Positions 12,495-24,678 of a DNA stretch of 64,000 bases are shown here, in pieces; position 1 is the stretch's first letter; each line of letters starts with the position of its first letter. Where the stretch lies: the NCBI GenBank assembly GCA_036785375.1, contig JAWMAR010000061.1:1488001-1552000 (forward strand), written 5' to 3'. This DNA is from Leucoraja ocellata (lineage: Eukaryota). A program made the position numbers and the translations under genes. The notes below the pieces were generated by a model. The model ran no database searches. It was not told where the DNA came from and saw only the letters and a list, made by a program, of their open reading frames with translations.

Positions 12495-12960
12495 GGAGAT
12501 GCAACACCTGTCCCAAAACCTCCCCCCTCAACCCTGTCCAGGGACCCCGACAGTCCTTTCAGGTGCGGCAGAGGTTCACTTGCACCTCCTCCAAATTCAT
12601 CCACTGTATCCACTGTTCCAGGTGTGGAATCCTATATATCGGCGAGACCAAGCGTAGGCTCGGCGATCGTTCCGCTGTACACCTCCGCTTAGTCTGCCTA
12701 AACCCACCTGATCTGCTGGTTGCTAAACACTTTAACTCCCCCTTCCATTCCCACACCGACCTTTCTATCCTGGGCCTCCTCCGCTGTCAGAATGACGCCC
12801 AGCGCAAATTGGAGGAACAGCACCTCAAATTTCGCTTGGGCAGCTTACACTCCAGCAGTATGAACATTGATTTCTCTAACTTCAACTAGCTCTTGCACCC
12901 TCTCTCTCTCCATCCCCCCCACTCCAGTCGTCGTACTAGTTTCACTGTTGTCCTGTTAAG
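12495..12960 (+). mobile_element. Penelope-like GIY-YIG fragment
   Basis: CNTCP...FQVRQRFTCTSS..IHCIHC.RCGILYIGETKRRLGDR...VAKHFN in ORF 12317-12889. Confidence 0.8.
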
Positions 12961-12984
12961 TTTCACTGTCTGTATAACTGAGTT

Positions 12985-13333
12985 TCACTGCTAGATGCGG
13001 GGGAAAAGTCCTGATGTTGGGGATTCCAGAACCAGGGGTCGCAGTTTAAGAATAAGGGAGGGGTAGGCCATTTAGGACTCAGATGAGGAAAAACTTTCTT
13101 CACACTAAGAGTTGTGAATCTGTGGAATTCTCTGCCACAGAAGGCAGTGGAGGCCAATTCACTGGATGATTTTAAGAGAGAGTTAGAATTATCTCTTCAG
13201 GCTAACAGAATCAAAGGTTTATGCGGAGAAAGCAGGAACAGGGTACTGATTTTGGATGATCAGCCATGATCGTATAGAATGGCAGTGCTGGCTCGAAGGG
13301 CCGAATGGCCTACTCCTGCAACTATTTTCTATG
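12985..13333 (+). mobile_element. CR1-clade LINE 3' end
   Basis: Same 3' UTR (GATCAGCCATGATC...GGCTCGAAGGGCCGAATGGCCTACTCCTGC). Confidence 0.75.
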
Positions 13334-14264
13334 TAACTCATTGTCACCTACCCCACAGCCAACAATGGACCATTGTGGGCTCCACCTTTCCATGGTCAGT
13401 GATGCCGGTTTGGATTTGTTCTGTTCAGACAATTTGTTCTTTACACCTTTTCATACCCTCTAGTTTGCCACCTCCCCTGACACTGGGCCTGGACCCTCGG
13501 GGTCAGGGCGGGGTCATTCCTCCGTGGGGGTGGGGCTGTACAGGAGGGGGGGGGGGCTCGGCTTAAGGTCACGTGGGCATTGCTGTGGGGGTGGGGCCAG
13601 CACCATTGGGCGGAGCCTTATAGTCCCTTTGGGGCGGGGTTTGGTCCATGGTCACTTGGCCTAGTAGCTGTTTTGGGCGGGGCCTAGCTGTGGGGGGCGG
13701 GGTCATGTCCCGTTGGGCGTTGCATCGCCGTGGGGCGGGTCATGTGGGGGCTTGGCCCGTGGTCACATGGCAGTGCTCTAGGGGCGTGGCCAGCGGATGG
13801 GCGTGGGTTTATTCGTGTGGGCGGTACCAGGCTGTGGGGGGGGGGGGGGGCGTGACTTAGCGTTGGGGGCGGGGTCATGCTCCGTTGGGCGGGGCCTAGC
13901 TGTGGGGGCGGGTCATGTGGGGGCTTGGCCCGTGGTCACATGGCAGTGTTCTAGGGGCGTGGTTTTATTCGTGTGGGCGGTGCCATACTGTGGAGGGGCG
14001 AGGCCTGGCGTTGGGGGGCGTGGTTTTATCCGTGTGGGCGGTGCCAGGCTGTATGGGGGGCGGGGATTGGCCCGTGGTCTATGGTCTTTGGTCACGAGGC
14101 AGATCGGGTGGGCGTGGTTTTATCCGTGTGGGCGGTGCCAGGCTGGGTGGGGGCGGGGCCAGGCCGGCTTCTCGCGCTGTGTGTGGCTGACGCGCTTCCG
14201 GCGGGCCCGGTGGAGGGGGGGAGGGGCGGGGCTGGGGTGGGCCGGGCCGGGCCGGGGGCGGGTC

Positions 14265-14324
14265 ATGGCGGCGGGGAGGGGGGGAGAGCGCGGCCCGAGC
14301 GGCGCCATGGACAGCCGGCGCTGA
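14265..14324 (+). other. Upstream ORFs (ATG 14265, MAAGRGGERGPSGAMDSRR*; nested in-frame ATG 14307, MDSRR*)
   Basis: GTCATGG and GCCATGG contexts share the TGA at 14322-14324, 59 nt before the main ATG. Relevant only if transcription starts upstream of them. Confidence 0.45.
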
Positions 14325-14383
14325 GGCGGCGTGTGAAGGAGGGTGAGCGAGAGGCAGAGCGATCGACGGCCGGGCAGCCAGCT

Positions 14384-14557
14384 ATGGAGCAGGCAGCCGG
14401 GGCTGGGGCCGCCGTGTGGCTGTGGGCGCTGCTGGCGGCGGTGGCGGCGGGCGGTGGGCCGAGCGTCTACACCAACACCTGGGCCGTGCAGGTGGCGGGC
14501 GGGAGGCAGCAGGCGGAGCGGCTCGCCCGGCAACACGGCTTCATCTACCTGGGCCAG
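14384..14557 (+). CDS. Proprotein convertase (subtilisin/kexin, furin/PCSK4-like), first coding exon: signal peptide + N-terminal prodomain
   Basis: GCTATGG start. Encodes MEQAAGAGAAVWLWALLAAVAAGGGPSVYTNTWAVQVAGGRQQAERLARQHGFIYLGQ (58 codons): a hydrophobic signal peptide plus the convertase prodomain motif (Y/F)TNxWAV...G...A..(L/V)ARxHGF..LGQ. Ends at a CAG|GTGAGC donor in phase 0, the same boundary as in furin. Furin versus PCSK4 cannot be resolved here. Confidence 0.92.
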
Positions 14558-14814
14558 GTGAGCGAGCCAGCGAGCGAGATAGCGGCGGGACGGGTGGGCT
14601 TCTCCAGCTCTTGTCCCCGGCCTGACATCTCCAACTACCCCCGGTCCCATGCTCCATCTCCCGGCTGACACCCACAGCTACCCCCGGCCCTAAGCCCCCG
14701 GACAGCCGCGGTCCAGGCTCCGGCCCCCGGTTGACATCTGCAACTACCCCCGGCTTCAGGTGCTCCAAGCCTGGGCAGCACCGTCCACCAACCCCCCTCA
14801 CCCCGGGAGAAGTT

Positions 14815-15180
14815 AGTTTGAGCGATTAATGTCACTCTGAACTTCTAAATTCATGTTAAACTTCTAATAACGTGTTATCACCTCTGACACAAACCCTGAG
14901 TTGTTTACTTCCAAGTTAGTGACAGCGATTATTGTCAGTCTAATCTTCCAAAATAATGTTAATCTTGTAATAAATGTGTTTGTAGGATACTGACACAAAT
15001 CCTGTTGATTTGTTAGAGAAGAAAAGTTACGGGATTCTGACTAACCCTGAGTTGTTTTGTTAGAAGTCGGTGAGAGCGATTAATGTCCCTGCAAACTTCG
15101 AAATAATGTTAAACTTCTAATAACGTGAATTCAACTTGTTCATAGAATACTGACACAAACCCCGAGTTGTTTTGTTTCCT
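14815..15180. repeat. Degenerate ~105-150 bp tandem repeat x3
   Basis: Recurring AGCGATTAATGTC...AATGTTAAACTTCTAATAA...CTGACACAAACCC.GAGTTGTTT. Confidence 0.7.
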
Positions 15181-15872
15181 CTGTCCAGTTAAACGAATTC
15201 ACGTCGTCACTTTAAATGCCCTTTATTTTTGCAAGAGCCCCTGTGGGAGACATGTTTTTCGCCTGGTTCAATTTGCTCCCCCCTCCCCGTAACACATAAT
15301 TTCGTTCTGCGTAGAACTGTGACCGAACAGTTCCCTGTTTCTGCATGTTCTCTGTTATTCGTCCTTGTTTGTGACATGTTGTGGCTCTGGAGGAATCATC
15401 AGTGAGTAAGGGACTTGCGTGACTGATGATGTTTGAATGTTATGTTCTTCCTACGTTCTAGGGTTGTAATTTGGGTCTTAAGGCATCAGGCTATTAAACA
15501 CGACAACCTTTAAATCAGCTCTGAATTACATCGATTTGGGGGCATTAGTTTTGTCTTTTTGCACTATTGTTGATCTTTATGTATGTGTACATATGTGTGT
15601 GTGTGTGTTTATAAATATGTATGTATATATGTGTGTGTGTGTATATGTATGCATGCAGAGATACTGGTTTAAACCGAATATTGACACAAAAAGCTGGAGT
15701 CACTCAGCAGGTCAGACAGCATCTCTGGAGAAAATGAATAGGTGACATTTCGGGTCGAGACTCTTTCCTGACTCTCAGTCTGAAGAAAGGTCTCGACCCG
15801 AAACATCGCCTATTCCTTTTCCCCAGGGATGCTGCCTGACCCGCTGAGTTACTCCAGCTTTTTGTGATTATA

Positions 15873-15909
<37 letters not shown>

Positions 15910-18900
15910 TGTTATGCTGCTGCAAGGAAGAATTTCATTGTTAAGTCTGGGACATAGCACAATAAAAAACACTCTTGACTCATTCTCTCTTGATTCTTGA
16001 AGTACGATGTTTCTGCAGACAGGTGTGTTGTAGTGTCGTGGGCCAACAAAGTTTGTTCTTGGTGTTCATAATTTTCACCCGCATGTCCTAAGTTACTGTT
16101 AGACATTAAAGAATCAAAGACTGAGTGTAACTTCCATTGGCGCTGCAGATTGGGATACACATTTGTTTGAATGTTGATAACAGTTTTATTGGCTAGTGAT
16201 TAGCTCTAGGAGATTCATCATTTTAAAGTGTTACCTGAAAGTATGACAATGTTCTGTCCTTGTGTGAATGAGTGGTAGTAATGAATTTTTTAAATTCTTT
16301 CTATCAGCAATAATTTTGCCCTCAAATCATATCTGTGGACAATGGTTTTTCGTAGTTTGGTCTCATTGCCTGTTTGTTCCTTGTGATACAAATGTTGAAA
16401 ACTCCTCTTCCATGAATGCAATAGAACTGTCTTTGCCAGACTGTAATATGACTACTGCGCCACTAACATGTTGATCAATACTACTTCAGTGTTACGGTAA
16501 AGCTGCAGTTTCATATTTTGCCGTACATTTTGTGATCTTCAACAAAATGACCCAAAAAAAAACATTCCATAGGAGCTTTAATACTTTAAAGCACAGCTAT
16601 TTGTTTCAAATCTCATGTAAGCCTCAAGGTTATGATAATTCAGATCTTTAAAGTTTCTTAGATATATATTTTAACTACTGTATGTATTTTCACAGTTTAA
16701 GATTTGTAATATTATTAAAATATCTCAATTTTTGATTAGGTGTATTTTAAGAGTTTTCTATAAACTATAAATAAATAATTTTAAAATTACTGTGCTGTCG
16801 GCTATCCTCGAAGATTTTAGTTTTTAAAGTGCACATATTTTCATCTTTTGAAACGTGTTCATCCTGAAGTGAGCCAACTGCTTTTTTTTGCTTGTTACAC
16901 ATTGGGTTATTTTATGAGTATGTGCCGCAGAGAGTGACTATTTCTGTAAAAGGTGTATTCTTCATTACATCCATCTTGTGGTCTGAGGGAATCTAAGTCC
17001 AAAGGAATTGTAAGGCAATTCACAACTAGACAATCCTGGAGTACGATGTGGTATGTTGTTTGTGTGGCTGAGAAAATATGGGAGGTAGTGGGGGTCTCGA
17101 CCAGAAACGTCACCCATTCCTTCTCTCCAGCGATGCTGCCTGTCCTGCTGAATGACTCCAGCTTTTTGAGTCTACACTCATTGTAACATCAGTGACCTTG
17201 ATACAAGGTTCCGATGGCAGCCCAAAATGAATAAACTCTGCTCTTTTTGCAAATATTCTTGGGAATTAAGAAGACTTGTCTCTTGTTCTGGCTCATCTAG
17301 TGTTATTGGTCAGGACTTGTTTAAAGCCAGTGCTTTCCCTGTCTCGCTTTCTGCCAGATAGAGCTGCTCTACGCCCATCTATCTTGAGAAGGCTCCTGAC
17401 CCGAGATATGGTCTGTCCATTCCCTCCACAGATGCTGCCTGACCCGCTGAATTCCTTCAGCACTTTGTGTTCTGCACCTGTTTAAAGCCAACAGTCTGTA
17501 ATAACAGGGTGGGATAAATCTGCTGTCACAGTTTTAGTTTGTTTGGAAGCAATGTAACTACACAGAAAAGTTGGCTAGTGTGTTTCTGTTGCAGTTGGAT
17601 ATTTTTGTTCTGGATTGCTATCAGCTCCGGAAGGTCTGGCTTGACCTTTCTTGTATCTTAACTCGATATCAGGCAGGGAATGTTTTTTGGAAATGTTGTT
17701 TCTGAAACACACACTGACTGCTTGTGCAGGAGGAAGTGTTTTGCAAATTCCACAACTGGTTAGTTGTATCGCAGTACAGTCATCTTCAAAACATGATGCA
17801 TCCGAAGGTGTACTTGCCATTCTATTGAGTAATTTACAGGCAATTAAATAGGATAATTGTGGTTTAAAGTCATTAATAATTTGTGGGTTTAATTGCGCCC
17901 GAAGCCATATTTGACCTTGGTAATCATTTAGGAGTGGTTTACTTTTGCACAGTAGGATTGTGAAAAGGCCATTCAGCCTCTTGAGCCTATTCTGTATTCA
18001 CTGAGAAGTTAAGGGTCATGAATGTTTAATTGTCAAGTGTTCAGACAACACAATAATGGCATTCTTGCTATAGCTTAACAGGCCTGTAAATGTAATAATA
18101 TAAGGGTAATATATAACACAATAAATTAATATCAGTAATACCAGGTAGTCATAATAATGCGTAATGCAACTAAAGACACAGTCGGTAGAAAATCATAGTT
18201 GCTGTTGTTAGTCTTGTGCTGTGTTCAAGAGCCTGATGGGTGCTGCGAAGAAGCTGTTCTTCAAACTGAAGATAAACACAAAAAGCTGGAGTAACTCAGC
18301 GGGACAGTCAGCATCTCTGGAAAGAAGGAATGGGTGACATTTCTGTCTGAGTTACTCCAGCTTTTTGTGTCTGTTTATCTTTGGTGTAAACCAGCATCTG
18401 CAGTTCCTTCTGTTCCTGTTCAATGTTCTTGGAAATGGTGATCACCGTTTTCGGGCTCCTGCACCTTCTTCCCGATGGTAGCAGCGAGATGAGAGCCAGG
18501 ATAATGTGGGTCGAGGATAGTGGCTGCCTTTTTGAGGCGGTATTTCCTGTAGATCCCTTCGATGGTGGGGATGGCAGTACCTGTAATTGCCCGGGCAGAT
18601 CCAGAAGATTCAATTTTGTACAGACACCTTTGCAGTTCACCTAAATTTATTGGCAGTGTTTATCTCAAGTTAGTTACAATTAAATAGTTGTATTGCTTTT
18701 CCTTTCTCGGTTTCTACCCCAGGAAGTTGCAGTGTTAATTGATGCAACGTTCAACTAACAAGTAACTTTTTGTTTTTCCTGCAAAGTTTTTGCACTCTGG
18801 CCAGCTGAGTCTTCCTGGCATTTTGTTTTTGTTTAAAATGTCCGTTGTTTGGTTGTTTTTTGATGCTCATGTATCGTTCAATATATTGCCATTCAGTTTG

Positions 18901-20392
18901 ATCAAGTTCTGATTTGGCAAGTAGCTTTTACTGACAAAATACTTGATGTATTTTTGAGGACTATTCAAAGGTTTAGATTCTTTGAAACAAAATTAAAGGT
19001 TAGAAATAAACCATGAATAGTAGCCCAAATATTGTGGCATGTGGGGTGGGAGGGAATAATTACCTGTCCGGGTGATTATTTGCTTAGTTCATTCTGTACC
19101 TGAGTTTACAGCTTCTGGAATGTTTAATGTTAAAACATTGCATGTATTTATAAAGTCCTGAAAGATTAAAATGTCTTGGATTAACTGGAGAGGAAAATAT
19201 ACCTTTGTTAGAAACAATTAAAATCATTGGATTTTCCTGTTGCCTCTAAACTGTACCGTGGGCTAGAACACTGGGCAGGATTGTGCTCACTTAATCATGC
19301 ACTTCATGTTGGACCATTGCACAATTCCATCCTACCACAGAAGAGAGACACATAGTGCTGGAGTAACTTAGTGAGTGAGGAAGTAACTCTGGATAAAAAG
19401 AATGGGTGACGTTTCGGGTCGGGACCCTTCTTCTGAAGTCACCCATCTTTTTTCTCCAGAGAATCTACCTGACCCGCTGAGTTACTCCAGCACTTTGTGT
19501 TTATCTTCTTTGTATATACCAGCATCTGCAATTCACTGCGGAACAGCCTCCCATTGCTTAAACCCACTGTTAATTATGAAATTATCAAATGCTATCTGAG
19601 ATATTGCTGATATGTCTGCCCATAACTCTGGCCTGAAATCTGTTTACCTGGCAAAACAAATTATTAATTGACTTCATTATTGATTATTGTATATTTATCT
19701 GTGTTATTACATTAATTTACCCGTTAAGCTGCAGCAAGTAAGAATTTCATTGTTCTGCTATCAGCACTTATGACAATGAAACACATTTAATTCGTATTCA
19801 TGTTATCACTGTGGAAACCACGGGTTTGCCTGATCAATTGCTTAATGCGTAAATCGGTATTGAAACTGATGTGTTAGCATTGTCTGAAGAGTGGGTCTTC
19901 ATTTTTACAAGCATGGATGGAAATAAGTAAAATCGAGCTCTCTAATGCACAAGAAAAGGCAGGATCCAGTAGTAAGTGTCCTGTTAATGTTTGTTGTAGC
20001 TAGGACGCACATGCTCTTCTAAGAGCATTTGGAAATTCAACCCTGGATACTGATCATTTCCCGAATGTTGGTGCATGGGTCCAGAGTAATTTGAGACATC
20101 ATGTGATGTGCAGTGTTTGGAAGGAACTGATAATCTTTTGTACCTTTTGCTTCAGGAAGCCATGCATCACTGGGATTTTCTTCACATGAAACCTTGTTCT
20201 TGCCTATTAATGGAGTGGGATTAGTCGACAGTTTCACTGTCATTGTATGACGCAAGTATTCGTGTGGTCATGTTGCGTCCTGTCAGGTTAAAGACTGATC
20301 CCTGATAATGCAGTTATCTCTGCAGTGCACAGAAGTACTTAAGCAAAACACCAAGTGCTGGAGTCACTCAGTGAGTCAGGCCGCATCTGTGG

Positions 20393-20858
20393 ACAATAGG
20401 TGTAGGCCATTCGGCCTTTCGAGCCAGCACCGCCATTCACTGTGATCATGGCTGATCATCCACAATCAGTACCCCGTTCCTGCCTTCTCCCCATATCCCC
20501 TGACTCTGCTATCTTTAAGAACTCTATCCAACTCTCTCGTGAAAGCAGCCAGAGAATTGGGCTCCACTGCCTTCTGAGGCAGAGAATTCCACAGATTCGC
20601 AACCCTCTGTGTGAAAAAGTTTTTCCTCATCTCCGTTCTAAATGGCTTACCCCTTATTCTTAAACTGTGGGCCCTGGTTCTGGACTCCCCCAACATCGGG
20701 AGCATGATTCCTGCCTCTAGCGTGTCCAAACCCTTAATAATCTTATATATGTTTCAATAAGATTTCCTCTCATCCTTTTAAATTCCAGAGTGTATAAGCC
20801 CAGCCGCTCCATTCTATCAACATATGATAGTCCTGCCATCCCGGGAATTAACCTCGGG
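20393..20858 (-). mobile_element. CR1-clade LINE 3' end
   Basis: ESRTRAHSLRIRGKPFRTEMRKNFFTQRVANLWNSLPQKAVE. Confidence 0.85.
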
Positions 20859-23769
20859 AATGGGTAGGTGATGTTCTGGAGAGAGTTTAGGCAGAGTCTG
20901 AAGAAATGTCCTGAACTGAAACGTCATCTGCCCATTTCCCTCCCCAGATATTGCCTGACCTGCTGAGTTCCTCCAGCACACTGTTTTTGCTCAAGCTTCC
21001 AGCATCTGCAGTTTCATGCGTCTCCCCCTTTAGTTCTTGTTTGGATTAATTTCAAATCTCTGGAGTGAATACAGAAGCTCTTATTGAATATGGAAAAATA
21101 TATAAATATTTATTTTAGTTGCTCTCCACCCACCCTGCAAATTTCCCATTGACTGTGTTCACTTTCCTGGGTTAAACAAAGCCTGCGCTCATTTCCTGCA
21201 ACCTCAGGAGTGGTTCCCAATAAAAACAATAGCCACTTTCCAGGAAGGAGATGGTAAGCTTGAAGCAGTGGGCTTCTAGTGTGAGTTGTCACACAGCAGT
21301 TGGACAGTAAGCTTCTTTGCAAGTAGTTGCTGCTTTTTGAAGAGAATGTATCTATTGGAGGACTTTAAAACAAAAAATCATGGAATCGAATATTATAACA
21401 AATTATAACCTGAAAAGTAGTATTGCTGCATTTTAAAACAAAAATGGTTCAGATGCTGAATTCTGAATTAAAAACAATGCCAGGGATACACAACCGGTGA
21501 GGTGGGATCAATGGCATGGGAGAACCTGGGAAGTGAGAAACATACAAACTCCGTATAGACAGCACCCTTTGTCAGGATCGAACCCGGGTCTCCAGTGCTG
21601 CATTCGCTGTAAGGCAGCAACTCTATCGCTGCTCTACTGTGTCATGGATCTGAATGGGAAGGGACTGGACAATGGGAGAAACAATAGTCGAGCTGAAAGA
21701 GAATTTCTTTTGAAACAGAGCAGGCTGAAATTAAGGCTTTCTTAATGTTACGTAATTGGCAATGGGCATGCGGGCCACTGTACCCATGGCTTTAATGCGT
21801 GATGTTTAAATCTAGCTCAGCGTACAGTCATCATTAAAGTTTGCTAATTGTCAGTGTCATTTTTCTCCTATACTTTGACAATACTTCCACTGTGCAGCTC
21901 TGCAGATTTCAAAGTATCAATTTCACAGGCGGATGAAGTGTATTGATATCCGCAAGCTGTAACATGTTCTATTTGAGGTCATTTGGTTTTATATTGTCTC
22001 ATTAGCAATAACCTTGCCAGCGTGGCTGTAGGGAGAATATTTCCTCATGTAGCAGAATCTAGAATGGGGCCACTGTTTAAAGAGGGTTGCTCATTTAAAC
22101 TGAAATGAGGCCCATTTTGTTTTTAAGTTATAGCGTATGGAAAACAGGCTCTTTGGCCCGATTCATCTTTGCCATCCAAGCTAGTCCAAATCAAACGGAC
22201 CCAGCAAATATCCCTCTAAACCTTTCCTATCCATGTACCTGGCCAAATGGAGTTTGCAGCCTTTATTCCAGAACCTTTTGGAATTCCATTCCTCAACGAC
22301 AGTGCAAGCGAATCTGACTATTTAAAAAAAATTTGAGGCAGGTGATCTAATGGTTCTGGGGAGAGATAGGAATGTGGAGATTAGTTTAGAGTTAGACATA
22401 TAGTGTGGAAACAGGCACCAGCCTACCGAGTCCACACCAACCAGCAATCACCCTGCACTCTGTACAGACAGCACCCGCAGTCAGGATCGAACCCATGCCT
22501 CTGTGCCACATGCCGCCCACCGAGTTGAGGCGACCGGATGGTCATTAAGTGAGAAGCAGATGAGCGGCAAGTGGTAAATCCCTGCACCTCGTGCTTTTGT
22601 TTCAGTTCAACCCCCCAAGTGCCCCAACCTACATCAGAAGCAACACAGATCAGAACCACATCGCAGTCTTGCAGAACTCAAAATAGCCTCTCCAGGCGTG
22701 ACTTTACACTGGCTGGGGAAAGCATATTGCTGACAAAGGGAAACTGTCCTCTGTTAAATAGATACGGTAGCAGTGTGAATGTCCATCAGTGCACGACTGT
22801 TTGAAATGCAAGTTCAAATTCCACCACATTCATTAAAATGTACTTACATTTTTTTTTTAGAAGGGTTGTATCAGCAACTGTAATGATCATGTTAGAAAAT
22901 CCCACTGCCCTTCAGGGAAGGCAATTTGCTGTATGAACCTGTCGGATCTACGTGGGACTGTAGACTTGCAACAATGCGGTTAAACTCTGAAGTAGCTTGT
23001 TAAGCCTCCGTTGTAAAAGTTTGTTCCACCTGGGAGCACCTTAGCCTCATGATTAACAACGGTTTAAGTGGGCTTTCCACTGCAATTTTGTTCACTTTGC
23101 ATTGACCTTCAAAATGAATTATGACTGCAACAAAAATATTACATTTCCCATCATTCCAGTGTGATGGGAATTTCACTCGCTGTAACTTCAGGGAACGTGT
23201 TGAGTGAAGAAGAGTCTCGGACCAAAACGTCACCTATACCTCTTCTCCAGAGATGCTGCCTGAACCCGCTGAGGCATGTTGTATGAGTTTTGCAGAAGGA
23301 TGCAAGCTTCTATTTTTATTAGACTGGAGACGCTACTTGTGAAATTAAACCTGAATGGCAAAAATCAGCAAGTGTTTTCTTTTTACACGTTACAGAGATG
23401 TGGCATTTTGGTTTTAACACTAACCACGTGTAGGTGTGATATTTTAATTGTTAAGAGTAAAATTTTGCACCAGTGTTAAAACAACTGTGGGAACATTTGC
23501 TTTGCTGTCATTACAGGAGCGTCAAACTTTGCAAGCGACCTATGATTACTCTTCTCTATCACACATTGGGCTAGAATGTCACAGTGTCTTGTCATTTTGC
23601 CTCTTGCCTCACTAATATTAGTTTTCACTCAATGTAATCTGTTTCTTATGACTACCAAATGTTTTCTGACTTTCCTAGAAGAAAACCAGTCAAACTTTGT
23701 ATGGAAAATTCTGGATGTTACAGAAATGTAATTCTAAATTGGGATGGTATTTTGGTTCTTTTTCTATCC

Positions 23770-24543
23770 TTGCATCAAAAACCTTGGCGTGATATTTGAC
23801 TCAGCATTGAAATTTGACAAACAAGTCAATGGCGTGGTAAAAGCTAGCTTCTTCCAGCTTCGGACGATAGCTAAAAAAAAACAATTCCTCCAGTTTGATG
23901 ACCTCGAAAAGATCATCCACACATTTATCTCCTTCCGCCTAGATTACTGCAACTCCCTCTACACTGGCATCAGCCAATCTTCCATGTCCCACCTGCAACT
24001 GGTCCAAAACGCCGCAGCGAGACTCCTGACGGGCACCTGAAAAAGGGACCACATCACCCCGATCCTGGCCTCTCTCCACTGGCTCCCTGTGCGGTTCCGA
24101 ATACATTTCAAGATCCTTCTTTATGTCTACAAAGCCCTTAATGGGCTTGCCCCCACCTACATCAAAAGGCTTCTCACCCACCACACCACCTCCAGCTCCC
24201 TCAGATCGGCAGACTTGGGGTTACTGAACATCATGCGGTCTAGGCATAAGCTCGGGGGCGATCGCGCCTTTGCGTTTGCAGCTCCTAGACTGTGGAACAG
24301 CATCCCCTCTTCCCATCAGAACTGCCCCCTCCATCGACTCCTTTAAGTCGAGATTGAAAACTCATCTTTACTCTCGAGCCTTTCTTGACGTCCTCTGAGG
24401 GAGGGCTATATGTATGTATCTATGTATGCACTTAATCTATGAACCAATGTTGTATAACGTTAGTACCTCCACCAATGTAAAACACTTTGGCCAACGAGAG
24501 TTGTTTTTGAAATGTGCTATAGAAATAAAAGTGACTTGACTTA
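23770..24543 (+). mobile_element. L2-clade LINE 3' fragment
   Basis: KNLGVIFDS.L.F..QV..VVKASFFQLR.IAK...RLDYCNSL...LQLVQNAAARLLT...HITP.LASLHWLPV. Ends AATAAAAGTGACTTGACTT. Confidence 0.88.
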
Positions 24544-24551
24544 AGATTTCT

Positions 24552-24678
24552 TCCAAAGCAAAATTTAAGTGAGAAAAAAGGAAATTGTCAAATTTACTTG
24601 ATGGTTTCGCCCGTCACGGGCGAAACCATCAAGTAAATTTGACAATTTCCTTTTTTCTCACTTAAATTTTGCTTTGGA
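24552..24678. repeat. Perfect palindrome, 63-bp arms, 1-nt spacer
   Basis: 24552-24614 is the exact reverse complement of 24616-24678; centre C at 24615. Confidence 0.95.

Larger units (their letters stand above)
13490..14810 (+). promoter_or_regulatory. CpG island / GC-box promoter and 5' UTR of the convertase gene
   Basis: Abrupt GC- and CpG-rich, transposon-free segment. Many GGGCGG/GGGCGTGG (Sp/KLF) boxes, a GTCACGTG E-box at ~13569 and inverted CCAAT (ATTGG) at ~13605 and ~14067. Surrounds coding exon 1. Confidence 0.8.

Noticed and set aside
13973-14668. 231-aa ORF as a single-exon protein
   Set aside because: Only 14384-14557 is convertase-like. The flanks are GC-rich promoter/UTR and intron read-through, and a canonical donor lies at 14558.
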